A DNA stretch of 64,000 bases from the human T2T-CHM13v2.0 reference genome, Homo sapiens, in NCBI RefSeq assembly GCF_009914755.1, contig NC_060939.1; one strand, written 5' to 3'. The position numbers and the translations under genes were made by a program. Positions 15,673 to 31,680 of this stretch are shown piece after piece. The notes beneath the pieces are model-generated. The model was not told the DNA's origin, ran no database searches, and worked only from the letters and a program-made list of their open reading frames with translations. The first letter of the stretch is position 1. Each line of letters starts with the position of its first letter.

Positions 15673-16159
15673 TAATGTTTTTTTTAAAAAATGGTATCTT
15701 CCTGTTTAGTGTGTGTGTGTGTTTTTTTTGTTGTAGGCCCGTGTGCTTCATTCGTTCACCCATATGAATCCGTAAAGAAGTAGCCATTAGCAACTTCAGT
15801 CAATATACACTGGATTCATACTTCAGGAAGACAACTCAGTTGACAACCACAACAGTTTCTATGATAACAAAATTGAGAGAAAATACTAACATTAGGGTCA
15901 TTTCAAGAAAGTTCAATCATAAGATATATCCCCAAGCAAAAATACACACATGAAAAAGCTAAGTAAGAAGCTTTTAGAAAACTACTACCATCCTTAAAGT
16001 ACAACAAAGTATTCTTTTATGTCTGTGTGCTTCATCAAAATACTTCATATAGCCATAGATTTTAAAACATTACATCTTATCTAGATTCCATATTAGATCA
16101 TTAACATTTTTTCTAGATTCCATTCTTATTCTTTTGTAACCTTTTAGTATCTTAAAAGT

Positions 16160-16930
16160 ACTTTATTAAATATAACACATTCAGAAAAGTACACAAAGTA
16201 TACCTTAAGGTAGACCTTAACAAGTTATTCTAAATTATTTGCCCATGTAACCACCAACCTGGTCCAGAAATATATTACAGCCAGTATCCAAGAAGCCCAC
16301 AGATGTACCTTTCAGTTCACACCTCCCTACCTCCCACCTAGATGGACTCCTTACCCTACCCTGTGTGTAATCGCCTCTTTTTTCTTGATAGTTTTACTGC
16401 CCAAGTATGAATCCATAAAGAAGTGTTCCTCAGTTTTCTTTTATGTTCTATGGCTGTTTGGAGGGCAGCAGACCATTATAATAGGTCAGATTTTCTTTCA
16501 CTCTGAGGACCAATTTTCACTCCACTGCAGGCGATATTGCCTCCGCTAAGAATGTATGCCCTAACCAACATTAGTTTTGCCTATTTTTGAACTCTATATA
16601 GAGGAAATTGTACAAAATAGGTTTTGGGGGTCTGGTCTCTTTTGCTTAACATAGTGTTCAAGATTCGCTCATCTTGTCCCACATGACTGTAAGCCATTTT
16701 ATGAATACCACAATTCTCCATTTTATTGGAATGAACATTTGGGTTATTTTCTGTTTGGGGTTATTATAAACGATGCTGCTCTGAACATTCCTGTGTCTCC
16801 TGGCACATATGTACTCATTTCTTGTGGAGTATATATCCACGAGATTCCTGAACCATAGGGTATGAGTATCTTCCACTTTACCAAACTGTTTTCCAAAACA
16901 CTTGTACAAATATATACCCCCATTCATAGG
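16160..16930 (-). mobile_element. L1ME-type 3' fragments
   Basis: Antisense L1 3' motifs (tgctgctctgaacattcctgt; ccaaactgttttccaaa). Confidence 0.65.
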
Positions 16931-16958
16931 ATATAGAGTCTCATAAAAATTTTCTTAC

Positions 16959-17043
16959 CTTAAAACATAAGCAAAATGTCTCCTATCTCTTCTTTTTCTT
17001 TTAAGATCTGAAGATCACTGTGCAAAGGACTATCAGGGTCAAC
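16959..17043 (-). pseudogene. UBE2Q2-like exon 8 ([27 protein letters not shown])
   Basis: CTCAAG|GTTGAC ... TTTTAAG|GTAAGA. A small deletion near the 3' end gives an in-frame TAA at 16962-16960. Confidence 0.92.
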
Positions 17044-17524
17044 CTTGAGAATTCCAAAACAAAAAACAATTCAAACAAAAAGATTATTATTATTATTTGT
17101 ATTAATTTTACTAACTCAAAAATGAACCAATCTGAAAGCTAAAATACAGCACCTAGGGTAATTTCCAGAAAGAGGAGACCTTAAGCTGCTTTATATCCCC
17201 AGGAAAACTAGAGGCCACTATAGCTTCCAGCTCCTTTAGAATAAATGTCCCAAAGAGATTATAATAGCCTAAATCTAATCGAATAAGGGGGTTCAGAGTT
17301 TGCAGTCATTCTAAAGGAAAACAGTCACATGTATATAATTTTCTCAAGAATTCAAAAAAAGTTTAATATGCTTTCCTAAACTTGTATTACTAGCCAAGCT
17401 GTTCAAGGAGAAAAATTTGCCATGGACAGAGCTGTCAAAAAAGTTAAATCACCAAAAAATTGGTATTTTTCTACAACTGTCCTATATATACATATATAAA
17501 TATGTATCCCACCTCCCACTCTCC

Positions 17525-17690
17525 CTTTTTTTTGTTTTATGACACAGGGTGTCTCACTCTGTCACCCAGGCTGGAATATAATGGTGCAATCACGGCTCAT
17601 TGCAGCCTTGACTTTTCCAAGCTCAAAAGATCTTCCTGCCTCAGTCTCCTACCACCCTAGTAGCTGGGACTATAAGTGTACTCCACCTAT
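17525..17690 (-). mobile_element. Alu right arm (AluJ/FRAM), truncated
   Basis: Right-arm consensus only. Confidence 0.8.
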
Positions 17691-18130
17691 ATATTTTAAA
17701 AGTAATAACATAACTACCTCCACAATAAGAGTTGATTATGTTGCTTTCAAAACTGGGGGAAAAAATCACAAAATCAACTTGGCAATCATTCTCTGTATAT
17801 TGAAATGTATTATTTGTATTAAATTATCAAGCAATATTGCTCAAGCTTTTTGCCAGAAGATAAAAATCATGCAAATATTCACTCTATCAGGAAGATGGCA
17901 AAATAAAATTCCAATGGACCTATAAAAACAATTTCTTTAATTCCAAAAAACAAGCAAACTCATCCTATCTTACTCCCTACATCTTTTGGAACTTGATTAC
18001 ATTTGAGTTTCACAAAATAAAGCTAGTAAACATTTCCATTTCTGTCCAGTTTTAAGAAACGACATTTATAATCTGACAACAGAAAAGAACAAAAGAATGA
18101 TAAGAAGAGCAGGGATTTGGAGATCCTTAC

Positions 18131-18215
18131 CTGTCTTATAACTCTGTGATCTGTATAAGTCCCTGAACTCTTTCTTAAGTCTATCTGAAGCTTGCACTGA
18201 CCCAGACACTGCAGC
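18131..18215 (-). pseudogene. UBE2Q2-like exon 6 ([28 protein letters not shown])
   Basis: TTTCAG|GCT ... ACAG|GTAAGG; 85 nt; open in both the ancestral frame and the shifted frame. Confidence 0.94.
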
Positions 18216-18306
18216 CTGAAACACAAAAGCTGCTGTTTACCAGGGTCTACTGAGCCAACTAATTTAAAGATTTAAGGTATTTCAACCTGCTCTAAAAGAT
18301 TACAGT

Positions 18307-18640
<334 letters not shown>

Positions 18641-20147
18641 TCAACAATTTAAGAAGTAAAAGAAAAAAGTCCAATTAAATGAAGCATTATGAAGTTTCAA
18701 GGGAATATAAAACTAGACACAAGTCTGGTTCATTTCCATTTTCCTATCACCTAAAAAACTCTAGCCAACATGTTCATACCACCATGGACTCCACGATAGC
18801 ATAGAATTCAGTATGAGTCTATTTCAAACCCAGCAATATTTGAAAATACTCAAGGTGACACAATATTAAGTAAAATAGGCTTCCATTCATAAGACTACAA
18901 GCAAGAATATTACACAGATGGTCTAGTTCACACATGAAGACACTGAGAACCATGTGTGCCTACATGCAACTGGTTTCAGTTTTTCAGTGCAGGGACTTCT
19001 CTAAAGATGAAAACACATCGATATCTTATCCTAAGACTAAATAAAAATGGAACTACTTTTTGGTCATGTGAAACTAAAGCTTTTAAAGACTGCACTAGAC
19101 TTTGAAGGGGAAAAAAAATCAAGTTTATAAAAATATTACCTCCTAGCTATATAATCCTGAACTAATTTCATATCTATAAAATATGAGTTTTTCCTATCTC
19201 TAAAGTATAAACAGCACCTATTTCACACAGTGGCTATGATGACTAAATGAAAAGATCTATAAAGTATTAAGTATAAAGTATTTAGCATAGTATCTGTCAT
19301 ACAAAATTATTCAATAATTTTTACTTGTTTTGAAGATAACTCAAAGTGGACTTGATCACAAGACACAGAAAGTACAGTAACATTAATTCAAATGCTACAA
19401 TCTTAGTTTTTTAAATAATCAAGATATGGGGATTAACTAAATTTCTTTGCTGTATGAAAAATTACCAATTAAATTAATATACAAATAAGATTGAAGGGGG
19501 GAGAGTTATCTATCTGATTGCAACACTTGACATCTGCTTGCCTAACAATTCATTCCCTGTTTTGGAGAACCTGTGCCCAAGACAAAGTAACTGGTCCTCG
19601 GATATTGTGGAGTTGGTAAATAGCTCTAATACAAGGCAGGAAGCAGTAAGTGTTCAGACAATCATTTGATGTTTCCCTGCTCTGTCTAAGCATTTTATGT
19701 GTAACATGCATCATTTTAATTTATTTTTCATAGCAACCATCCAAAAGATATGTACTGTCTATCCATATTTTAGAGTTGCGCAAAGTGAAACCATAAAAGG
19801 TGTGTTTGTCACCAAACTCTGTGTTCCTTTCCCATCCTGCCGCTTCACATAAAAGAGATGTTAAGTCAAAAGAGAAACCCTACTTTTGGTTTGGTCAGAG
19901 CAGGATGGATCAAAGTCAGCTTCATGAAGGAGAAATAATTTGAGTTGTGTTTTGTAGGAGAGAATGAACTTGAATATACAGATGCCACAGAAGGAAGGTA
20001 AGCAGAGAACACAGCATAGACAAGCTGGAAAGGGGCATATACAGGGATCAGCAGGTGGTTCCAGGATGTGAAGAGCAGATCAACAGGGTAAAAAGTGGCT
20101 ATTCATGGATGAGAAAGATAACCTTGGGCAACAAAGCATATGAGTGT

Positions 20148-20445
<298 letters not shown>

Positions 20446-20570
20446 ATGACTGAATCCACCACTAAGGCAGGAATGGAGGAGGAGAGCAGCTGAGATCAGC
20501 ATGTTCATGAATTTCCTGGTATTAACTATGATTACTTCACCAAAAAGTACAGATATTTATACACACTTAC

Positions 20571-20710
20571 ACATTTAAATGGCCTTGCCTTTCAGTCTTC
20601 CTAATTTTCTCTAATATTGCCCAGTTTTCTTTTTCAGTTCCTTCATCCTCCAACTTCTTCTCACTAGTAGGCTCTTCTTTCATCTCACAGTGATCTAAGT
20701 CTTCTATATC
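20571..20710 (-). pseudogene. UBE2Q2-like exon 5 ([46 protein letters not shown])
   Basis: TTTGCAG|GAT; open. The 3' end reads AAT-GT-GTAAGT, giving a weak in-frame donor after 20573 or a consensus donor after 20571 (+2 nt). Confidence 0.93.
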
Positions 20711-20974
20711 CTGCAAAAAGAAGAAAAATATTAGCCGATTCAACCCACTTTCCTTCAGCAGTTTCTTATGCCAAAACTTAAATTATTCTTGACTCGGTGG
20801 GGGACAGGAAACAGAATATATCTATCCTATGGGGAGAGAGAAAAAGCCCCCACATTCCATTCAAGAGGCTCCCACCTTTTATATCCTGTATTTTATTTAA
20901 AAGCTAGACTCTGGGGAAAGCAGATTTAAAAGCTTTACAAAGTCACAACTATTATGAAATAAGCCATCATTTAT

Positions 20975-21296
20975 TTATTTACTTCTTTAATTTATTTTAT
21001 TTTTTTTTTGTACGATAGAGTCTCAGTCTGTCATTTAGGCAGGAGTATAGTGGGGCAATCTCTGCTCACTGCAACCTCTGCCTCCCAGGTTCAAGTGATT
21101 CTCATGCCTCAGTCTCCTGAGTAGCTGGGATTACAGACGTACACCGCCACACCCAGCTAATTTCTTTGTATGTTTAATAGAGACAGGGTTTCAACATGTT
21201 GGCCAGGCTGGTCTCAAACTTATGACGTCAAGTGATCTGCCCACCTCAGCCTCCCAAAGTGCTGGGATTACTGGCATCAGACACCACGCCCAGCCA
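20975..21296 (-). mobile_element. AluS
   Basis: Full dimer; TSD AAGCCATC. Confidence 0.92.
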
Positions 21297-21825
21297 AGCC
21301 ATCTTTTAAATCTCCTCTTAAGAGGAACCTTTGAAACAGTTTAGCAGCAGGTGTCAAGAACCTTAAGTGTTCATAGTTTGTTCCAGACACTCGACCTCTA
21401 GAACTGTATTACAAGAAACTAGTCTAAGAGGTAAACACAAATTTAGGCATAAGGATACCTATTTCAACCTTGCAACCACAAAAACAAACACAAAATCTGC
21501 ATGTGCAAAAATAGCAAAACAGTTAACTCAATTCCATGAACTATTAAGAAGCCACTGAAATATCAACACGGCATAATTTCTCCTGTATCGAAAAACTTTG
21601 AAATGAAAAATGGATTACACAAAGGAATAGAAAGAATTTAAATTATGCTGAAATAAGCACAGAAAAAGACCAGAACAACTTACATTGAAATGTTAATTTC
21701 AATTAATTTTAGTTGTTATCTCTGGAGACATTTGGTGCTTTCCTCTAATTTCCAAGTTTATGGTTTTATGTAGTAAGCACCTATTGATGCTAATAACTTA
21801 AAAATAAGTTAGAAAAAGAATTTGA

Positions 21826-21950
<125 letters not shown>

Positions 21951-22961
21951 AATAATTTCAAAAGAATTTGAATAATACCCCACAGAATAACATCTTTATT
22001 CACATCATTCTGCTCCCTCCCTTCCCATACTATCTGTTCTTACATATATACAAACATATGCAGAATTGTTTAAATCCTAACTTTTTTCAATTACCTTATA
22101 TTTCTACTTCAATTGCCAAAATCTCTAAAGGGGTAGTTTATATTTATCTCGATTTTTTTTCCCAAGCCAGCTAATTCACCGATTTCTAGACCAGACTACC
22201 GACTACCTTCACTCAAACTCTGCCCATGAGTCTGTACTTCATGGAGCTCCCTTCTCCCTGTGTGCACCTTTCAGCCCTGATCTTCTATCCACATTTGTTT
22301 TCCCCACAATGCTCACAAATGCCTTTGGCCTGTATTTCCACCTGTACCTTCAACCTCAGTCATGTTCCCATCCACAAAACTTCTCCACCTAAGTATTAAT
22401 CAGCACATCCCAAACAGAATTCAACATATCTTTCTAAAACAATATTCTCAGCACACGATTCCCTGCTTAAGGCCTTCTTATCAACAAACACACCAAATAG
22501 AAACATGCCTGTCTCAAATTCAAGACTTCTGTCCATCTGTCTTTTCTGGACAATCTTGCTTTCCATGACTTCAACACATCAACCTTCCTTCTCAAAAGAA
22601 AAGCATCCAGTGCACCCAAACACACCATGTCCAAAGTTGCTCTGGGCCTGTTCCCACATTATTTTAGGAGCCTAGAATATCTGCTTTTCACCTGTCCTAA
22701 TCTGACAACTCCAAAGTCCAGTCTCCTACCTTTCTAGATTTCCCTCAAAGTTGCGGTCCCTTGTTTTTTATCTTGTGAAGGGAAAATGAAAGGGTTCATG
22801 AACTTTAGTACAATGGCTGCCTGACCTATGGAAAAGGTTTAATGTTTTCATGCAGTTTATTCCACCTAAGCTAAACTGCATAAAAACATTAAAACAGACT
22901 TTCATTCTAATTGGACAATTTTAAGAAGTATTTTACTCCCAGACTCATAAAACAAGCCTAC

Positions 22962-23268
22962 AGCCAGGCACAGTGGCACACACCTGTAATCCCAGCACTT
23001 TGGGAGGCTGAGGTGGTGGATCACTTGAGGTCAGGAGTTCAAGACCAGCCTGGGCAACAGAGTGAGACTCAAACGCTAAAATAAAAAATAAAAATAAAAT
23101 AAAATAAAATAAAATAAAAATTAGCTGGACGTGGGGCACCGGCCTGTAGTCCCAGCTACTCAGGAGGATCGCTTGAACCCAGGAGTTCAAGGTTACAGTG
23201 AGCCATGCCGGCGCTACTGCACTCCAGCCTGGGTGACAGTGAAACCCTGTCTCAAAAAACAAACAAAA
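22962..23268 (+). mobile_element. AluJ-like with expanded (TAAAA)n linker
   Basis: Dimer; TSD CAAGCCTACA. Confidence 0.88.
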
Positions 23269-23572
23269 GCAAGCCTACAACACTACTTTTTTAGTTCTGA
23301 AGCACTCTAAAGTACATTTTAGATTAATAATTTCCAAACCAAGAAAATGAAAGCCTAAATTAATTATAAGACCTCAAACAGAAAAAAATCTTTTAAAACA
23401 ATCAATACCATGGAATTCACATACATTCTATTTGGTCAATGCAGAGACATAGATCTTTGTTCTGAAGTTCAAATTTAAATGCAAGGCTTCAGAGCCAGAA
23501 AACATCTAAAATTATACCCATGACTGACAACTGGCCTAGGCTCAATGTCTTTGGAATTTGCTCTACTAAATT

Positions 23573-23913
23573 TGCTACTGTTTGAATGTATTCCCTCCAA
23601 AATTCAACTGTTGCCAATGTGATGATATTAAGAGGTAGGACTTTTAAGAGGTGATTAGGCCAAGAGGGCTCCTTTCTCCTTCATGGGATTAAGGCCCTTA
23701 TGAATGAGGCTTCACACATTGGACCAGCTTGCTCTCCTGCCCTTCTGCCTGCTACCATGTGAGGATAAAACAAGAAGGTCCTGAGACACCAAATGTTGAT
23801 ATTTTCATCTTGGATTTCCCAGACTCCAGAACTGTCAGAAAATAAATGACTGCTCTTCATAAATTACTCACTCTCTGTTATTCTGTCACAATACTATAAA
23901 ACAGACTAAGACA
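23573..23913 (+). mobile_element. MaLR solo LTR (MST-like)
   Basis: TG...CA ends: tgctactgtttgaatg...acagactaagaca; ccagaactgt..aaataaa motif. Confidence 0.85.
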
Positions 23914-24271
23914 AATTTCTTTGAATGATTTTTCAGCAAGAGACAGTTTCACTACTTCTGACAGGTAGTCTCTAAAATATTCTGAAATTCTCCTTTTATG
24001 CAAACATAAAATTTTTTAAACTCAGTAGTTTCTCTTCCAAAAAATAACCAAATACAGGTTAAGTACTGATTAGTATTAAATATAATTTTAGTGTTAAAAC
24101 TTAAGAGCTTTTGTTTTCCAGAAAATAAAATCCAAGAATTCAGATAAAACAATTTGCTCAAAGGCATATCATGAGTTAGAGGTAAAGCCAGAATTTATAA
24201 ATTACATTCCATTCCAAATACGATGTGCTTTCAATTATTCCATATTAATAGTTCTTTATAAAGGAGATTAG

Positions 24272-24612
<341 letters not shown>

Positions 24613-24641
24613 AAAATGTTATTCTTATATAAAATACCCAC

Positions 24642-24698
24642 TTCATCCATCTCTTCTTCTTCCTCTTCTTTTGAAGTCACTTCTTCTGTTGTCCCATT
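24642..24698 (-). pseudogene. UBE2Q2-like exon 4 (NGTTEEVTSKEEEEEEMDE, acidic linker)
   Basis: TTTCAG|AAT ... GAA|GTGGGT; 57 nt; open. Confidence 0.92.
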
Positions 24699-26756
24699 CT
24701 GAAATAGAGAAAGAATCTGCCAGAACTACACAGAACAAATATGCACCTTAGAAGACTGGTGTCATAGCTTTAGTGACAAACTCCCAACCATCTGTCACTG
24801 CAGTCCCACTACCAGAGAGCTTATTAAAGTTAAAATGTGCATTTTTAAATCCAACTTTGATTTGACAAACAACAGTTCTCAGCTTTTAAAAATGAAACAA
24901 TTTTGAACAATTCAACTTAATGAATGCCTTAGGAATAAAGAAAAGCAATCAGTCAAATATAAAGCAAAACTGAAAAAAATTTTAAAACATAATCTAATTT
25001 AAAATAAGAAAACATTTTATTTGTACGGCTATGTGCATAAGATCAAAGGATTATTTTGTTTAAAATAAATACACCAAACTATCAATTCCTCAAAACAGCT
25101 ACATTTTTAACTTTGAAAAGCCTGAATCATTACATAAATTCAATTTCCTTACATTTTAAGAGGTCAGATGTGTTACTTATAATAGACACTTCCCAAAACT
25201 AAGAGTATGAATTGATTACCACCTCACTATAAAGCAAATTGTCTTTTTAAAAACATGTAATTTACTATCAAATATCTCTCTACAAGACACAATTTACCAA
25301 TTAACACAAATTACAATTATCAAGTTCAGAAATTAATCTAATGAATTTTTAGGAGGGGCCTTCGTACCCAGTTTGGGCAAAGGTCAAAAGGCAAGCTTCC
25401 TGGCCAGGACACAGTATATAAATACATCTTTAACCATAAAGGCCAGTTCAGGTTAGAACCCAGAATATGTAAAAGATCAAGAAACTAGGATCCAGAAATG
25501 AAGACCAACAAAGGTCTCAGCAGTATCTAAGCAGCAGCTTCCAAAATGTAATTCACCCCTTCTTCATTTCCCTAAATTCTTATATTCCAAAGCCAATTAT
25601 TCTGGGTATCTAAAGAATATATACCTAGCCTCAAAGTCCCAAAGAATTTGGTTGCATCAGTGGTTGAAAGAGCATTTTTGCAGAAGAATCTGTTTTGCAA
25701 AAGCTCTCTGAGGTGATTCTCACATGCATCTGGGTCTGTCACCACTAGCCCAGTTACTAGCCTTAATTTTACACGAGATAGCTGAGCCCCTACCCCATCA
25801 AAAAGGGGAAGTAATTTAATCAAAACAAAAAGTGAGTTAGGGCTGTGAAATCCTAAGATTAATTTCATTTCAAGATGTGACCTGGTCCTCTTTCTAAAAC
25901 CCCACTGAAATGACAGAACTTTATAAAAGAGAGTAAGTCGGCTGCAGCAGCAGCAAAACAACAAATACAAAAAGAATACCCTTAGTGAACCAAAACTATA
26001 AGGACATGCTAGAAGATACAAAGCAGATGAAATCAGACTGCTGGGCGCGAGAAAGCCACAAACACAATCCAAATAATGGAGGGGCCACTTCTGTTTGAAG
26101 GATCAAACATTCTTCACTGTACTGTCCCAACTATAGTTGGTAAGGATCACTCTGGTAATAGGAAGCCTGTCTTGATGGTCTCTCACTATCAGTGTCAAAA
26201 CCAGAGAGAAAAGACAGAATGCTTTTTCAATGTAACTCAATGCAGCATCAAAATCTTATAACAGCCTCTGCCTCTTCCTTTAAGCTCAAAATCTGGAAAG
26301 CTCACCAACCAGCACCTCCCCACCCTCATGCCACAGGAAGAGCACAGGTCTGCCAACAAGGAGTGGGAGGCCACAGCAGAAAAGAGTGACAATTCTGAAG
26401 ACACTCATAACAACTCATACTGATCAAAGGTATACCTCACCTATAAATGAACAGATAACCATGTATCATCAGAGAGTTGAAGAAAATTAGCAACCTGAAA
26501 GGAAGGTGCCAAGTCAAAGAAGCACGAATGACCTGAAGCACTGCTAATGAAGGAAATAAGCAGAATTTTAAAACCTAATTGGAATCTTTAGCAGTAATTG
26601 AGAAGATACTGTATCCACAAAATACAAAACAGATTACTATGCAAAAGACAATTCTAGGAGGTAAAAATAAGACCTCTAAACCAAAAAAGAAAACAAAACA
26701 AAACACCAGTTGCAGAAGGGCCAGGACACAATGGACATGACTCAGCAAAACATTAA

Positions 26757-27058
<302 letters not shown>

Positions 27059-28054
27059 TTACAGTTACACAGAAAATCATACTAACTATCAGAAAGAACT
27101 AAGAATCAGATAGGCATCAGACTTTTCATCTACAACAATATCAGAACATAAAAGTATAAAGACCTGGAAAGAAACTCAATTATGATCTCAGAATTCTATA
27201 TCTAGCTCCCTCAAGACAGGAAGCATATCTGTGTATGTTTGCCTCTGGATTCTCCACACCGATATGGATGGAGTACTTTATACAGAGTCAAATATTTGTT
27301 GAACAAATGATAACAGACAGCAAGTGCACAGAACACACTCCATACACATCCCCACAAACCCTTTCTAGGAAAAAAAAAACCCAGGATATTATTCAGGGAT
27401 ATACTTGAGGGGCAGGGAGCAGGAGACATAATACAAGAAGAGCAATAAGCAAAGGCAACAGTAACACCAATAGTGAAGTCTAAATGATTGCTGAAAATCT
27501 CACTGAAAGGTCACAGGCCATATTCTCTGACCATATTGATGCACTAAAAATACCTCAAAAGCCACCTGAAAATGCTTTTTAAATTTTTTTGTTCTAGATA
27601 ACTCTTGGGTAAAAGAAGAAATTGATCCTCATGCCTCAGTCATCCAACTCCTAAGTATGAGCCCCAGAGAAATGCTGGCACAAGGGTACCATGAAATACA
27701 GACAAGAATGACCATAGCAGCAATCGCTGTTCCTAATAACACTGGAAACCACCCACATGTCTGTATCTAGTCAAGGGGATAAATGGTATGGTGTATTCAA
27801 ACAATGGAGTAAATACAGCAATGCAAAAGAACTATAGCTACACACAATAGGAACAAATTTCACACACAACGTTGAGCACAACAAAGATATGAAAAAATAC
27901 ATATACTATGATTTTCAAAAGCCCAAATAATAGGCAACACTACACTGTATTGTTGAAGGATGCATATATGAGTGATAACACTAGAGAAACATAAGGCAAG
28001 ATGAGCGTACAGAGGCATGGTGATCAGGAAGCAGCCTGCAGAAGGTTTCTGTAG

Positions 28055-28544
<490 letters not shown>

Positions 28545-29034
28545 TAGAAAATAGATTTTAAAACTTGTGCAATGAAGTCAAACAGCACCCAAAGAAAATG
28601 TATACCCTTACATGTTTGTTTAAAAAGCAGGTTAAATTACATTGATCCACTAAACTAGAAAAAGCAAAATAAACAAAAAGGGGAAATAATTAAGACATAA
28701 GGAAAATGTGAAAACAACCCACTAAATTTAAAAAATAAAACTAAAGGAGGATTCTTTCAAAAGCCTAAGATAATAAAACAGTCACGCCTCTGATAAGTGA
28801 TCAAGATAAAGAAAACTTTGAAGACAAAAGGGCATATAGCCACATGTGAATATGATGCAAAAAGTGAAAACTTTACACATCTTTACAACACCTTAGAAGT
28901 ATGGATGAAGTGTTCATTTCTTTAAAGAATCTACACTTACGAAAACTAACTGAAGAAACGGAAAATCTGGAGACCAATACGCAGAAGAAGGAAAAAGACA
29001 AAGACTCATCCTCCAAATTGGACATTTATTTAAA

Positions 29035-29252
29035 CCAGGGTTTGTCAGCCTCAGCAATACTGATATCTTGGGCCAGACAATTCTTTGTGAGGGTTCTCCT
29101 GGTGTGTTGTGGGACATTTAGTAACATCCCCTCTACCCACAGAATGCCAATAAGACCTCCCGACCGTGACCAGTTGTGACCACAAAAATGTCTCCAGATA
29201 TTTCCAAATGTCCCATGGGAGGCAAAATATTCCTGCAGTTGAAAATTACTGT
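29035..29252. mobile_element. MER20 hAT MITE
   Basis: cctcagcaatactgatatcttgggccagacaattcttt...aaaatgtctccagata motifs. Confidence 0.8.
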
Positions 29253-30199
29253 GTAAACTAGATCTACATCCTAGGTCTTAGAAAAAAGATGTAAAGCTTC
29301 CCAAGTTAGCCCTGCATGCCCTTGATACTGAAATGAAATAAGAGCCTTAAAAGAAACAAACAAAACTATAATCTTATTTTATACAGAAGTAAAAATGCAA
29401 AAATAAAATATTAACATAGCCATTCTAACAGTGTTTATTATAGGAATGCAAGGATGATTCAACATTAGGAAAATCTCATCAGGTAATTCACAAATTATAT
29501 TTCACCATAGAATTGTAGGCACAATCATGAAAAACAAGGTAGCTCTATATGCATTAAGTCCATGTGATATTCAGTGAAAAACACAAGTTGCAGATGTCTT
29601 ACAGAAAAAAAACTGAACACTGAACACATATTTCCACCATCTGCTCTTTGTCCTGAGGCTCCACTAGAAATACAGTGAAGAATAAACATTATATAAACAC
29701 ACAATTACAAAAAAAAGAAATGGGGTTACCCACAGAAGAGAATTCACCTCCATTAGAAAATGACAGTAAATGGAAAATGGTTAATTAATGGAGCAAGCAA
29801 ACAAAAGTGGAGGTCAGGGGGATACCAATAAGAAGGAAGCTAATTTGTCCCAGAGCAACCTGGAAAGGTTCTAGACTCAGACACCAGGTACCCCCGAGAG
29901 TCGACTGATAGGCAAGACTGAAAACAGACATCAATCAAAAGCCTATATAGAGAACATTTTCCAGGCCCTGAAACACACTGCTCTCCTCCATCTCCTTAAG
30001 CAGAATCCAAGCAAACATATCTACCTCAGACAAGAGAATGTAGATTTCACCTCCAGAGAAATGGAGTAGTTCCAGCCATCATTTATGATTGCACCGGGAG
30101 ATAAGATAGAGGGGTAGAGGATGACAATTAGGAATCAGCATATGTTCCCCCCTAAAAGCTATCAGTTGCCAAGTCTTGGCCATGAAGAACTCCCAATCA

Positions 30200-30231
30200 A
30201 TTTTTTATTTTTAATTTTAATTTAATTTAAT

Positions 30232-30266
<35 letters not shown>

Positions 30267-30556
30267 TTTGAGAAAGGATCTTGCTCTTTCACCCAGGCTG
30301 GAATGCAGGAATGCAGCAGCATGATCACAACTCACTTTAGCCTCAACATCCTGGGCTCAAGCGATCCTCCTGCCTCAGCCTCCCAAGTAGTTGGGACTAC
30401 AGGTCACCACACCTGGCTATTTTTTTTAATTTATTTTTTTAAAGATGGGGTCTCACAATATTGCCCAAACTAGTCTTGAGCTCCTGGGCTCAAGTGATCC
30501 TCTCATGTCAGTCTCCCAAAGCACTGAGATTGTAGGTATGAGCCACCACTCCCAGC
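30200..30556 (-). mobile_element. AluJ with (TTTA)n tail
   Basis: Diverged dimer. Confidence 0.88.
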
Positions 30557-30625
30557 CTCCCAGTCTTTTAGTACCTCTCTCAAATATGAATGAACAAAAA
30601 AGAGAATTAAAAAACAAAGAGTACA

Positions 30626-30915
<290 letters not shown>

Positions 30916-31139
30916 ACTACAAATGATAAGCAACATAGAATAGATACTTAAGGAAAGGTTTTAAGAAGAAAAATAAGACCAAAATGAACTAAGAAAAAAA
31001 TTTATTAAAGAACAAAGAGATGCTAGGGTGAAGACAAAAGAGTATCAAAATCACTTCATAAAGACACTTGTGAATATATTACAAGAATAAAACAAAAATA
31101 GAATATGAATAAGGAATAATCAGAGAAGAAAAAGTTCTT

Positions 31140-31680
31140 AGAACTCAGGGTTCATCTTGGGAGTTGGTCCCCAATGAGCCATACCTCCTGTTATCATGTT
31201 CTTGGACAGGCCCATCCCACAGTGAATCTGGGTTGGCCTCAAGACTCACTTTAACCTATAGAATTTGGTAGAAATGACACTGGACCTGTTCCAGGTCTAA
31301 GCCTTAAGAACACTGGCAGCTCCACTTCTGTGCTTCTAGTAGCCAAAATAAGTACCAACTATCCTCTTGGAGAAAGAGAAACCACTTGAAGAGGCCTGAA
31401 AGGATGAGATGCTATGCAGAGAGGAAGGCCACATGAAGAAACACCAAGGCAGCAGACCTGTGGGTGAAGTAGCCGTCTCAGACATTCCACTGCAGCTGAG
31501 AATCCAAATGACCAGTCCCTGACACCATCTAACCACACAGTGAGAGATGCCAAATGAGACCAGCAGAAAAACTGTCCAGCTATCCCCAGTTAACTGATAC
31601 AGTAGTGACAGATAGGCAAATGTGTAGTTTTATGCCATTAAGTTTTGGGAAAATTGGTTAAGCAACAATAAATAACCAAA
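31140..31680 (+). mobile_element. MLT1-type MaLR LTR
   Basis: aagccttaagaacactggcagc and 3' gcaacaataaataacc motifs. Confidence 0.65.

Noticed and set aside
25572-26072. 166-aa intronic ORF
   Set aside because: No recognisable homology, non-ATG start, and overlaps degenerate repeat sequence.
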